A stretch of 64,000 bases of DNA from Selaginella moellendorffii (taxonomy: Eukaryota > Plantae > Lycopodiophyta), in contig NW_003314300.1 in NCBI RefSeq assembly GCF_000143415.4, positions 656,825-720,824 on the forward strand, given 5' to 3'. Under the pieces are notes generated by a model. That model saw nothing but the letters and a program-made list of their open reading frames with translations. It had not been told where the DNA came from and made no database searches. Both the position numbers and the translations under genes were made by a program. Shown here piece by piece: positions 24,504 through 38,199 of this stretch (the stretch's first letter is position 1; the number at the start of each line of letters is the position of its first letter).

Positions 24504-26483
24504 TCACTCAGCAAGTAATCCCCAGATGTTTTTTTCAATTGGATAGCACGTCCACTGCGCATCCCCCAAGTCGTATTCCATCACCCTGCTCGTCTCCAGC
24601 GAGTCTTTGTTCTCCATCACATTCACAAATATCTTGCTCACACCGTCAGTGCACAAAGAAATACACCCTTGCCATGCCCGAGCTTTGATCGTGGTCACAA
24701 GTTTGCTCCTCGTCCCTTCACCATCCTTGACCTCCCAAATCTCTACTGTCTCAGTGTCTTCAATGTCAAGCGATCTTCCCACCACAAACAGCCTCCCGCC
24801 ACAAGCAACCATGCTTGATCTCACGTTCTTGTTTCGACCATCGGGCTCAGTGGGCGAGAGAACTCCATCCTTTGGAAAGATATCGTCCCACACATTGTTA
24901 ACGCTGTCATACGCAATCACCCGCATCTTGTTGTTGAGCCTCCAACCCTTGACACCCTCTGGCACTTTCCCCCTGTAGAACTGGATGCTAGACAAGTAAA
25001 TTTTGTCCCTGCAGCTGGAGCTCGGCCCAGAGACCGAGCAATGCCAGCCGTAGCTCCGGGCGTCAACTCTGCATGGGCCTATCGGCACGTCCCACGACTT
25101 CGTAAGGGAGTTGTATCGGTGTACGTGAGCATTGGATTCTTCCGAGTTAACTGTCTCCAGGAAGAAGTAATACAGAAAGTACGTGCCGGGCGCTTGCTGC
25201 TGCTGCTTCAGAGTTATGCCAATGAATTCACAAGGGAAGGGAGAATATTCGTCACTCTCTTTTTGTTTTGTTGCCTTGTTCTGTATATCCTGGCCGAAGG
25301 TGGTGATGTTTGGGATTTCCTCCCAGCAGTACGTATCTGTGCTGCCAATATAGATCCGTGCAGGGAATTGTACTAAGGCACGATACTTCCGTAACTCCGG
25401 CACGCAAATCAGTCCCAGCTCTTTCAACAACGCTCCTTCCGCAGGCTTACAATCACAAGAACGAGGAAGCTCGAGAGCGCGTACGCTTGAATTCGAGATC
25501 AGCCATAGCACTGATCCATCTTGACAAGGCACAGCCTGTCGTGTTATGTGAATTGCCTTGACAATGTGAGGCTTGCAAGGACGATGCTTATGACCCGAAA
25601 ACATCCTCTTTCCACCCTCTCTTTCTTTGTTAGAACCATAGCTCGACCACTCGTTGCTCTCGATGTGGTACTCAATAACACGTCCCGGAGTGCGTGCTAT
25701 GATCTTGTGGTTTCCATCACTTGCGAAGAGGATGGTCGTGTTTCTGGCGTTGTAAAAATACTCGGAGATGCAAATCATTTTGTCCGCCACCAATTTCCAG
25801 ACCCTCAAGAACCTGTGGCATGAGGTTCTACCGATTACGTACAAGCTCCCGCGGCACACAACCAGTGTGGGGTCAATGATTGAGTGACTGGAACGAATAT
25901 CCCAGCCGCCTTTGTCGACGAGAACTCCCTGATTCACGCCCTCCAGTTCTTCGCTGTCCATGTCATATGTTGCAATATCCATCGTCACACAACTGCCAGT
26001 AGCAATGTAAGCCTTGGATCCATCAGCCGCGAGCATAAAAGAGCAGCGTCGCAAATTCCACTCCTTCTTGCAACTCCACAAACCCGTCTCCGAATCAAAC
26101 ACCACTACCCGGATGAAGGTTGAATCTTTGGAGATGAACCCAAACAGCTTGTAAGCAAAGAAGTTCCCCACCACCTTGTGTCTCATAGCAAACCCTATGA
26201 AGTATTCACCCCGGCTGATCTCGCTCAGCTGTATGGTTCTCCAGTTTTCCAGCAGTGGATTGCCAACAACAACAAAGGAAGCAGAAAGACTTTTCGAATT
26301 ATACTCATCCGAGGTCGCCTGATACAAGCACAGAAGGCCCAAAGCGTTTTCGATGGCTCCAACCTCCATGCCTGCACAGTTTTCCGGGAGATTGAAAAAC
26401 TCCTCAGTATGCGTCGATAGATCATAAGCCCAGAGCTTGTAAGGCCTGTCCCACCGTGGGCTGGACGTCGCAAACAACCACAT
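24504..26483 (-). CDS. Intronless F-box-associated/kelch-like beta-propeller protein with two internal repeats and no F-box, copy A
   Basis: ~659 aa from ATG 26483. GLLCL..VVVGNPLLENWRTI, VFDSETGLW, LVVCRGSLYVIGR / MVACGGRLFVVGR, EYHIESNEW / EYDLGDAQW. Confidence 0.65.
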   Translation of the reverse strand: MWLFATSSPRWDRPYKLWAYDLSTHTEEFFNLPENCAGMEVGAIENALGLLCLYQATSDEYNSKSLSASFVVVGNPLLENWRTIQLSEISRGEYFIGFAMRHKVVGNFFAYKLFGFISKDSTFIRVVVFDSETGLWSCKKEWNLRRCSFMLAADGSKAYIATGSCVTMDIATYDMDSEELEGVNQGVLVDKGGWDIRSSHSIIDPTLVVCRGSLYVIGRTSCHRFLRVWKLVADKMICISEYFYNARNTTILFASDGNHKIIARTPGRVIEYHIESNEWSSYGSNKEREGGKRMFSGHKHRPCKPHIVKAIHITRQAVPCQDGSVLWLISNSSVRALELPRSCDCKPAEGALLKELGLICVPELRKYRALVQFPARIYIGSTDTYCWEEIPNITTFGQDIQNKATKQKESDEYSPFPCEFIGITLKQQQQAPGTYFLYYFFLETVNSEESNAHVHRYNSLTKSWDVPIGPCRVDARSYGWHCSVSGPSSSCRDKIYLSSIQFYRGKVPEGVKGWRLNNKMRVIAYDSVNNVWDDIFPKDGVLSPTEPDGRNKNVRSSMVACGGRLFVVGRSLDIEDTETVEIWEVKDGEGTRSKLVTTIKARAWQGCISLCTDGVSKIFVNVMENKDSLETSRVMEYDLGDAQWTCYPIEKNIWGLLAE

Positions 26484-26548
26484 GGTATAAACCAATCAAC
26501 CAAACCCTAGATAGAAAAAGCTTTTGGTATAAGCCCTAATCAAGCAAA

Positions 26549-26654
26549 ATGGAGCGAGTAGTGGCGGCCGAGCACGCTGCATTTGGATCTTTCGATGGCC
26601 TGCGAAGAGCTCAGCCGCGATCGCGCAGCTGCGCTCCAAATGCCGGCGGGAATC
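26549..26654 (+). pseudogene. Truncated duplicate of the 5' end (transit peptide) of the LL-DAP aminotransferase gene
   Basis: MERVVAAEHAAFGSFDGLRRAQPRSRSCAPNAGGN is a copy of 28822-28927, cut at the duplication junction. Confidence 0.85.
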
Positions 26655-26791
26655 TCACTCCATTTCTATGCCTTTCCTTTGTAAGATCGTCAGGATGGAA
26701 ACTTATGTTGATAGATTGTGAAAACGTGTTAAGAGACAATGAGAAACATACTTCGATTGAACAAACGAAAGAAAGCCTGATTTAGCATCTT

Positions 26792-28753
26792 TCACTCAGC
26801 AAGTAATCCCCATATGTTTTCTTCAATTGGATAGCACGTCCACTGCGCATCCCCCAAGTCGTATTCCATCACCCTGCTCGTCTCCAGCGAGAATTTGTTC
26901 TCCATCACATTCACAAATATCTTGCTCACACCGTCAGTGCACAAAGAAATACACCCTTGCCATGCCCGAGCTTTGATCGTGGTCACAAGTTTGCTCGTCC
27001 CTTCACCATCCTTGACCTCCCAAATCTCTACTGTCTCAGTGTCTTCAATGTCAAGCGATCTTCCCACCACAAACAGCCTCCCGCCACAAGCAACCATGCT
27101 TGATCTCACGTTCTTGTTTCGACCATCGGGCTCAGTGGGCGAGAGAACTCCATCCTTTGGAAAGATATCGTCCCACACATTGTTAACGCTGTCATACGCA
27201 ATCGCCCGCATCTTGTTGTTGAGCCTCCAACCCTTGACACCCTCTGGCACTTTCCCCCTGTAGAACTGGATGCTAGACAAGTAAATTTTGTCCCTGCAGC
27301 TGGAGCTCGGCCCAGAGACCGAGCAATGCCAGCCGTAGCTCCGGGCGTCAACTCTGCATGGGCCTATCGGCACGTCCCACGACTTCGTAAGGGAGTTGTA
27401 TCGGTGTACGTGAACATTGGATTCTTCCAAGTTAACTGTCTCCAGGAAGAAGTAATACAGAAAGTACGTGCCGGGCGCTTGCTGCTGCTGCTTCAGAGTT
27501 ATGCCAATGAATTCACAAGGGAAGGGAGAATATTCGTCACTCTCTTTTTGTTTTGTTGCCTTGTTCTGTATATCCTGGCCGAAGGTGGTGATGTTTGGGA
27601 TTTCCTCCCAGCAGTACGTATCTGTGCTGCCAATATAGATCCGTGCAGGGAATTGTACTAAGGCACGATACTTCCGTAACTCCGGCACGCAAATCAGTCC
27701 CAGCTCTTTCAACAACGCTCCTTCCGCAGGCTTACAATCACAAGAACGAGGAAGCTCGAGAGCGCGTACGCTTGAATTCGAGATCAGCCATAGCACTGAT
27801 CCATCTTGACAAGGCACAGCCTGTCGTGTTATGTGAATTGCCTTGACAATGTGAGGCTTGCAAGGACGATGCTTATGACCCGAAAACATCCTCTTTCCAC
27901 CCTCTCTTTCTTTGTTAGAACCATAGCTCGACCACTCGTTGCTCTCGATGTGGTACTCAATAACATGTTCCGGAGTGCGTGCTATGATCTTGTGGTTTCC
28001 ATCACTTGCGAAGAGGATGGTCGTGTTTCTGGCGTTGTAAAAATACTCGGAGATGCAAATCATTTTGTCCGCCACCAATTTCCAGACCCTCAAGAACCTG
28101 TGGCATGAGGTTCTACCGATTACGTACAAGCTCCCGCGGCACACAACCAGTGTGGGGTCAATGATTGAGTGACTGGAACGAATATCCCAGCCGCCTTTGT
28201 CGACGAGAACTCCCTGATTCACGCCCTCCAGTTCTTCGCTGTCCATGTCATATGTTGCAATATCCATCGTCACACAACTGCCAGTAGCAATGTAAGCCTT
28301 GGATCCATCAGCCGCGAGCATAAAAGAGCAGCGTCGCAAATTCCACTCCTTCTTGCAACTCCACAAACCCGTCTCCGAATCAAACACCACTACCCGGATG
28401 AAGGTTGAATCTTTGGAGATGAACCCAAACAGCTTGTAAGCAAAGAAGTTCCCCACCACCTTGTGTCTCATAGCAAACCCTATGAAGTATTCACCCCGGC
28501 TGATCTCGCTCAGCTGTATGGTTCTCCAGTTTTCCAGCAGTGGATTGCCAACAACAACAAAGGAAGCAGAACGACTTTTCGAATCATACTGATACAAGCA
28601 CAGAAGGCCCAAAGCGTTTTCGATGGCTCCAACCACCATGCCTGCACAGTTTTCCGGGAGATTGAAAAACTCCTCAGTATGCGTCGATAGATCATAAGCC
28701 CAGAGCTTGTAAGGCCTGTCCCACCGTGGGCTGGACGTCGCAAACAACCACAT
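26792..28753 (-). CDS. Intronless kelch-like beta-propeller protein, copy B
   Basis: ~653 aa. Differs from copy A by substitutions and two in-frame indels (15 bp and 3 bp). Confidence 0.65.
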   Translation of the reverse strand: MWLFATSSPRWDRPYKLWAYDLSTHTEEFFNLPENCAGMVVGAIENALGLLCLYQYDSKSRSASFVVVGNPLLENWRTIQLSEISRGEYFIGFAMRHKVVGNFFAYKLFGFISKDSTFIRVVVFDSETGLWSCKKEWNLRRCSFMLAADGSKAYIATGSCVTMDIATYDMDSEELEGVNQGVLVDKGGWDIRSSHSIIDPTLVVCRGSLYVIGRTSCHRFLRVWKLVADKMICISEYFYNARNTTILFASDGNHKIIARTPEHVIEYHIESNEWSSYGSNKEREGGKRMFSGHKHRPCKPHIVKAIHITRQAVPCQDGSVLWLISNSSVRALELPRSCDCKPAEGALLKELGLICVPELRKYRALVQFPARIYIGSTDTYCWEEIPNITTFGQDIQNKATKQKESDEYSPFPCEFIGITLKQQQQAPGTYFLYYFFLETVNLEESNVHVHRYNSLTKSWDVPIGPCRVDARSYGWHCSVSGPSSSCRDKIYLSSIQFYRGKVPEGVKGWRLNNKMRAIAYDSVNNVWDDIFPKDGVLSPTEPDGRNKNVRSSMVACGGRLFVVGRSLDIEDTETVEIWEVKDGEGTSKLVTTIKARAWQGCISLCTDGVSKIFVNVMENKFSLETSRVMEYDLGDAQWTCYPIEENIWGLLAE

Positions 28754-28821
28754 GGTATAAACCAATCAATCAAACCCTAGCCCTAGATAGAAGCTTTTGG
28801 TATAAGCCCTAATCAAGCAAA

Positions 28822-30689
<1,868 letters not shown>

Positions 30690-31086
30690 AAGCTTTTCAC
30701 GGAGAAAATGAGAAGAGCAAGATCAAAACAAGAACAAAGAACTCCTCCAAGAACTCCAAGTCAGACAAAGCAACGATTTTTTTTCCTGGGAATTTTCCAC
30801 CGAGAGAGCGATTTGATGTTTCGGGCAGTATTAAATCGTTCTTCTCGTGCCACACCCATCGCAGCTTTTGCGAAAAGTCTATCTTTTTGGCACGAGGAAT
30901 CTCCCCAGTGTAAGATCTTGCTAGTGTAACCAACACCACCATTAAAAATCTTTGTTGACGATGACGTAGGGGTGGGTCATCCACGTGTAGCGCCAGGATT
31001 GACGCCAGCGGAATGTTCTATTGAAGATCATATATTTTCACGATTGTATGGAGTGGAGTTTCTAGGTTTTTCGGCGATCGATTGGA

Positions 31087-34000
31087 ATGGTGGACGATGG
31101 CGCCAGGGCCAGCGGCTCCAGGCGCGGTGTCTTCGATTCGGATGACTACGACACTGACAATGGGAGCGATGGATCCTTGGGAAGCAGCGATTGCAAAGGC
31201 AGCGATGCCAGCTTCGATGTCTTCTCCAAGATTATCATCGGCGTCTGTGTCATGGAGAAGAAGGTGCGTTTCTTTGGAGCTTGTAGCAGCTACTGGATTC
31301 TAGGCAAAGAATGCTCGAGCTCTTTCGAGAGATTTTGGTGATTCTGTTCTAATCCCGTTTTTGGATGAAGGCATTGTCTCCTCCGATGACGGAAATCTTG
31401 AATCGTCTACGCTCTTTTGGAGAGTTTGAGGTAAAACTGAGCTGCGATTTTGCGAATGCCGCGTTTTTTGATTCGTCTCTGTGCGGCGTAGATCATCAAC
31501 TTCGGAGATAAAGTCATTCTCGAGGAGCCCGTGGAAGAGTTAAGTCGCAAAGTTTGACATTTCTTGTTCTTAACGTTTTTTTCTTTTCTCCAGATGGCCC
31601 GTGTGTGATTGCCTTATCGCATTTTATTCGTCTGGTTTTCCCTTGCAAAAGGCAGAAGCATACGCGCAATTGAGAAAGTGAGTATCGTTTTCTTTTTTCT
31701 TTTCTTTTTTCTCTACTTTTTCCAGATTGTCAAAAAGTGCTTATCATTTCAGGCCTTTTCTTGTTAATGAATTGGAACCCCAGCATCTTTTGCATGACAG
31801 GCGCAAAGTTTATTCGGTACTATTCCTTCTTTTTTACTTTCTTTATTGGTGAAGGGACTACAACTTTTTTCGTTCTCGTTGTGTGTAGCGGCTGGAAGAA
31901 TATGGGATAACCATTCCAAACTATGCTTTGGTGAATAGAGAGTTTCCAAACCAGGAACTGGAATATTTCTTGGAGGAAGAGGATTACATCGAAGTGAATG
32001 GCAAAAGAATTTTTAAGCCATTTGTTGAAAAGCCTGTGAATGGTGCGTATAGAACTTCATATATACAGGTTTCACTAAAGTGGCTATGCAAGCAGGAGAT
32101 AATCACAGCGTCATGATCTACTATCCTAGCGCTGCTGGCGGTGGAATGAAAGAGCTTTTCCGCAAGGTGATGAAGCATTAAGCAAAATGTAACCTCTTAC
32201 CCGATGTATTAATGCCGCAGATTGGAAATCGTTCAAGTGAGTTTCATCCCGAGATAAGACGAGTTCGAAGAGAAGGCTCTTATATCTATGAGGAGTTTAT
32301 GCCAACTGGGGGAACAGATGTCAAGGTAGACAACTCAACTTCTTGTTCTTAGCAGCCGCCTCTTCTGAACTGCAGGTATACACTGTTGGACCAGAATATG
32401 CTCATGCTGAGGCACGAAAATCACCTGTTGTTGACGGGGTTGTTTTGAGAAGTCCCGATGGAAAAGAGGTACAAGAAGTTGTTTGTTTCCTAATTCTTAA
32501 AATAGCTTGGCACAGATACGATACCCAGTACTACTGACGCCAGCCGAGAAGCAGATGGCCCGAGAAGTCTGTGTGTCTTTTGGCCAAGCAGTAAGTACAT
32601 TTGGTAACTTCCAAGTGGAAGAGTTCTCATTTTAACGTTTTGGCAGGTGTGTGGTTTTGACCTCTTGCGATCTCAAGGGAGGTCTTATGTTTGCGATGTC
32701 AATGGATGGAGTTTTGTAAAAAACTCGTACAAGTAGGCAATGTTGTCCATGTTAAACTTGCTGCAACTTGCTTTCTTAGGTACTACGATGACGCTGCATG
32801 TGTTTTAAGAACCATGTTTTTGGAGGCTAAGGCACCACACCTTTCAAAGATTCCGCCCTGCCTCTCCTGGAGCGAACCCAGGCCACTTGAATTACCACGA
32901 CAGGGAAGTAGCGTGATGTCCGGTACTTTTGGACAATCCGAGGAGTTGCGCTGTGTCATAGCCGTCTTACGCCAGTAAGTGTTCCTTTTCTGCCTCCATT
33001 GTGCTCACTTGTCAGCTGTCAGTGGTGATCGGACCCCCAAGCAGAAAGTAAAAATGAAAGTCACGCAAGATAGGCTACTGAACTTAATGCTAAAATATAA
33101 CGGCGGAAGACCAAGAGCGGAGGTAAGCTAGCTCAGAAACTTTAATATGATTTGCTAATGCTTTCTATGCAGGCAAAGCTGAAAAGCGCTGTTCAATTGC
33201 AAGATCTTCTGGATGCTACAAGAATGCTTGTACCAAGAGCAAGGTTTGAGTTAGATCTTTTCCCTTCGCCCGAGGATTCTTATACTTGCATATGATGTTT
33301 CAAGATCTGGAAAGGAAAGCGACAGTGAGGCTGAGGACCTTGAACATGCAGAAAAATTGCGACATGTCAAGGCAGTTTTGGAAGAGGTACATACTAATTG
33401 TTGGTACTGACTTGTTCTAATAACTTGTTCTAATAGGGTGGCCATTTTTCTGGGATTTACCGGAAAGTGCAACTTAAGCCTCAAAAGTGGCAGGAAGCCA
33501 CAGATGGTGAAGAGGAAAGACCAACTGAGGCGCTTATGGTTCTGAAGTACGGTGGTGTTCTTACACACGCCGGAAGGAAACAGGTTCGATGTGTAATGAA
33601 TTTTACATATTCTCACTTTGCTGCTTCCAGGCCGAAGAGCTTGGACGTTCTTTTCGGAACACTATGTATCCAGGTAGAGTTTAACTATAGCCTTAACCGA
33701 ATTTTCATTGTTCATTTTTTTGCAGGGGAGGGAACTGGATTGCTTCGTCTGCATAGCACTTATCGTCACGATTTAAAGATCTATAGCTCGGATGAAGGGC
33801 GGGTGCAGGTGATCGTTTTTCTCCTTTTCGTTCTTATGCAGATGTAACATGATAATCGGTACCAGATGTCATCTGCAGCCTTTGCAAAAGGTCTTCTTGA
33901 TTTAGAGGGCCCCCTGACGCCTATCCTGGTACTATAACTTTGCAGTGACATTATATGGCCTCACCATCTTTTGGCAGGTTTCGCTTGTAAGCAAAGATTC

Positions 34001-35956
34001 ACCAATGCTTGATGGACTAGATACAGCCAGTATCGAAATGGAGGAGGCGAAGGTAAAATAATAGTCGTTGATGTATGCTTTAACAGTTTGCTTGCAGGCC
34101 AAGCTGTACGAAATCATGATGGCTGGCCAATCATGTTGCGAATGCACAAATGAGCCTTGGATGGTAGATGGCGCTGGACTACCTCCCAACGCTCTGGAGT
34201 TGATGAAGGAAATGGTATTTCTTTCCTGTTTTTGGAACAATCTCAGCATTGACCCGATTTTATAGGTACATCTGACAAAGAAAATTACCGCACAAGTCAA
34301 GCTCCTCTGCAAGGCGGAAGAGGAGCGGCTGGCCGATGGTTTAAATGAAGAAATACCTCCATACGATCAAGCCAGGGCTTTGGGGAAGACGAACATGGAT
34401 GTGGACCGAATTTCTGCCGGTTTGCCTTGCGGCAGTGAAGGCTTTCTTCTTATGTATGCACGTTGGAAGAAACTCGAGCGTGACATATATAATGAGCGTA
34501 AAGAGTAAGTGGTCTATTAGTGTTATCAGACGTGAGGCGAATTTCCTGATTTGCAGGCGCTACGACATAAGCAAGGTTCCGGATGTGTACGATTCTTCCA
34601 AGTAAGGAATGTTCCTTTGACTGCATTATATCTTTCTCACGATTTCTCGCAGGTACGATCTTCTACACAATGCTCATCTAAAACTGGATGGTCTCGAAGA
34701 CCTTTACACGGTGGCAAAGGTGCAATGTCAAAACGGATTTAAGGAATGCTAAATTCGTGTTCGCATGTGTCCAATACAGGCACTAGCAGATGGAGTCATA
34801 CCGAATGAATATGGTATAAACCCAAAGCACAAACTGAAAATTGGATCGAAGGTACTGCTTATTGATACTTTATACGCGTTCTAATCACTCTCCTGCTTCC
34901 TTTGTACCTAGATTTGCCGTCGATTGCTGGGGAAGATTTTGATAGATCTGAGGAACACCAGAGAAGAGGCTATCAGTGTTGCAGAGTTGAAAAACGAAGA
35001 AGTTAAAATAAATCCAGATTCTGTTGGCCCACCCAAGGGGAAACATGAGGAGGACAATAAGTCTCAAAAATCTAGTGTGAAGAGTGATTCTCGGAGGTCC
35101 AGTTTGACGAGTGAGAAGTCTAATACAGACGATCACGACGACAAAGAAACGCAATATCGCCTCGATCCAAAGTAAGTTTTTTCTTTCGTTTTCTCTTTGG
35201 ATCGCTCTAAACCACTTTGATGTTTCTACACAGATACGCAAATGTTAAAACACCTGAAAGGCACGTCCGCACTCGGCTGTACTTTACTTCGGTACGCTCC
35301 TTTTGTGCTCGTCAATTTCTTAACTTGGCTGTACCGCTTTGATATCTAGGAATCCCATATACACTCGCTGATAAACGTGCTACGTTACTGCCATCTCGAC
35401 GATTCGTTGGAAGGAGAACCTCCACTTGTATCAACTGAGGCGCTGGAGGAGATTTTCGAGACAAAAGAGCTTGACTACTTGACTCACGTCGTCCTACGGC
35501 TTTACGAAAACACGGAGGTAAACGAATTTCACCTTTGTTTTGCTGTGGACTTACACTTCTTTCATTTGCTAAAACGCAGGTAGCGCTGGAAAGTCCTCGG
35601 CGATTTAGAATCGAGATTATGTTCAGCTGTGGTGCTGCTTTGAGTCCTTTGGAGGTACATTACTTGTGACAAAAGTTTAGAGCGGTGCTAATGCGAGATA
35701 TATGATCCAGGCATCCCCACGGTTTCGGGATCACACACTCCCGGTGCTGTCGCCCTCAACACTCCAGGAAGAGGGAGCTTTCCTGTCCTTGAACAGGCTG
35801 GAGAAGATGATCCGCGCGTTTGCCATGCCGGCGGAGGACTTCCCTCCGGCAACAACGCCGCAAGGATTCTCGGGGCTCTTCGTCAAAGGAGGTGGTGTTC
35901 TCGAGCGCCTTGCTAGCCTGTGGCCGTTTAATAAGAACGCCAACCTGAAAGCCTGA
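31087..35956 (+). CDS. VIH: Diphosphoinositol-pentakisphosphate kinase (VIP1/VIH/PPIP5K): ATP-grasp kinase plus histidine acid phosphatase domain, >25 small exons
   Basis: [122 protein letters not shown]. Stop 35956. Confidence 0.96.
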
Positions 35957-36133
35957 GATATGATTGACAAGCTCTTCCACCGTTCCGATGACTTGACAAC
36001 ATCAAAGTAAAGTTTTGACAACGAGGAACAAACAGTAAGTCTGGTCGGTAAGAGGCTGATTTGCGAGTGACGGTCGAGGATGGTCTGGTTTTCTCTTTAC
36101 CTTCCGACTAATCTATAGTTTTTGTAGGCTTAG

Positions 36134-38084
36134 ATATCATCTAAGTCCTTGAACTGGTGCCAAAATTTTCCCAACTGGCTAGTTCGCTCAAGAGGAGGTA
36201 CTGTTAATTTGCTTGCTTGTTCTTGAGAGGCTTTTCTTGGTTTTCTTGTCTCTGTGTTGTTGAGCTGTCGGGAAATTTATAGCTTGTTCTTGGCGTTTGC
36301 AGGGAAATTTATGGCAGCAAGGTCTAACTTTCCACCCAAGTGCTTACACTTCAAGCGCTAGAAATTTTGTAAATGTAAAGTGCGGTTTAAGTTCTTTCGA
36401 ATATAACCACCTCTTGCTTAAGTTTATATTCTACCACCTCTTGCTTAAGTTCATATTCTAAGTTTAATATATAAACTACGACCACGAACTTAGCAAGGCA
36501 ATCTGGCATGGGCGTGTTGGACGAGTGGAAGAGATCTCTCAAAGCAGACCTCAAGTCCGGTAATCCATCGTCAACGTCCATCCCGCACTCAAGTAAGACT
36601 CGACACACTCCAGCCTTCCGAGCGCTGCAAGCACTGCGGAGAACCGTATACCCCCCTGGTTTCACGTTGATATTGCTGGCCGCCTTTGCCATAATTCGCA
36701 AGATCTCTTCATCTTCATTCAAGAACGCCGCTCTGGCAAACGGGCAAAAACCGTCGTAAGTCGGCAGCATTGGATCGTTCGCCAATTCTATTCGATTCAG
36801 CGCAGCGATGAGGGGGAGCCAGCCCTCCGGCGAGGTCCGGTTGGGATCCATATGAGGGAGCTTGAGCAAGAGCTCCAGATGCTCGGGATCGCGAGCGTTG
36901 CACAAGTGCTTGCTGTTGAGAGTCTCGACAGGCCGCGCCATGGGCTTGAAGAGCGTGACCAAGTCATCCATTTGATGGGCGCTGAACGGCCAGGTGGGTA
37001 CGCCTGGAAAGAGAACCAACCATACGAGTGACAATGTAAAGGATGTGACAAGAAAGAATGTTACCTGACCAATGAAATATCTCATCCGGCGATGGAAAAT
37101 CTGGGTCTGCCCCGTTTTCCAAAAGATACTGGACAAATCCATCACCAGCAGCAGAAGCACCCAGTCGATGGTGCCGCTTCACTGCTGCAAGAAGCGGGGC
37201 CTCTCTATTCTCGCCTGGGACCAGCATGTTTAAGCTGTCTACGAGTGGCTGCGTACGCAGTTTCCAAGTCCGACTCCGTAATGGCTTGCACGAGTCGCGC
37301 CATTCTCTTGCCGAGGGTCAGAGCCCCGGTCTCCCATCCTCGACCGCACAGCTGCGACAAGATGAGCCTGAAACCCGGTAGGCGAGGAACGAACGCTCCC
37401 ACGTCGATCGATATTGGTGACTCGAGCGCAAGTAGCTCCTCGCCTTGGTGGTCGTAGACAAGAGCGCAAGTAGACAAGAGTGCAAGGACTTGGAAAAACC
37501 AGAGCATGGTCACCCCTCCGGTTAGCTCTTTGCCGCCGCTGCCCTCTCCTGGGGCAAACACGACAACGAAGCTCATGAGGTTGGCTTGTGGTTGCTCCTC
37601 TTCATCCTCGCTAGAATGGTGAGCGTCGTCTACAATAGTGAACACGGGAGCCAGCACACTATCTCCTCTACGAATGGGCTCATCATCGTGTGAGCACTTA
37701 TGTGACCACAAAAGATCATTCATCGCTTTCCGCCTCTTACGATAGTTGTCCGTAAAACTGACTGTCTGCCATGCCTCTCGTTAGCACGATTGGATCACGG
37801 AGTGATTGCATCCTGTCATCCTCGACCTGCACTAACATATACAAACTTCACTTCAGAGTGCTCAGGAACCTTGCTCCCCGGCTTTCCCCTCGGCCGCTGT
37901 CGCTTCATCGTAATCCCAAACCTAAAATGAAGGATAGCTTTTATAGTAGGGGAACTAGGATTTTACACATGAGATCGTTCCTCAATCAATCCACTCCATA
38001 TCATATAGGACCTTGAACTGGTGCCCCAACTGGCTAGTTGGGGGGTAGCGTTTTGGCTGCTAATTTACTTGCTTGTTCTTGAGA
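36134..38084. repeat. Imperfect ~90-bp direct repeats (36134-36228 and 37998-38084) bracketing the ankyrin locus
   Basis: ATATCAT...CCTTGAACTGGTGCC...CCAACTGGCTAGTT...CTG.TAATTT.CTTGCTTGTTCTTGAGA is present at both positions. Confidence 0.8.
36387..37723 (-). pseudogene. Ankyrin-repeat gene, probably frameshifted; start uncertain
   Basis: ANK-like segments APLLAAVKR..FVQYLLENGADPD, HLELLLKLPHMDPN, GYTVLRSACSARKAGVCRVLLECGMDVD lie in three frames. One join is an intron (~37007-37066); the other (~37250) has no clear intron. 27-bp tandem repeat at the C-terminus (EYELKQEVV/EYKLKQEVV). Confidence 0.6.
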
Positions 38085-38199
38085 TGTTTCAGCGTGCCAT
38101 GAATCTTATAAACTTCAAAGGTGGCATTGTGCTTGTTTATGATGGAGCGTGCGTATTGGCAACAAAATTCTCCTGGAAGGTATAGGTGATGTAGAGGGG

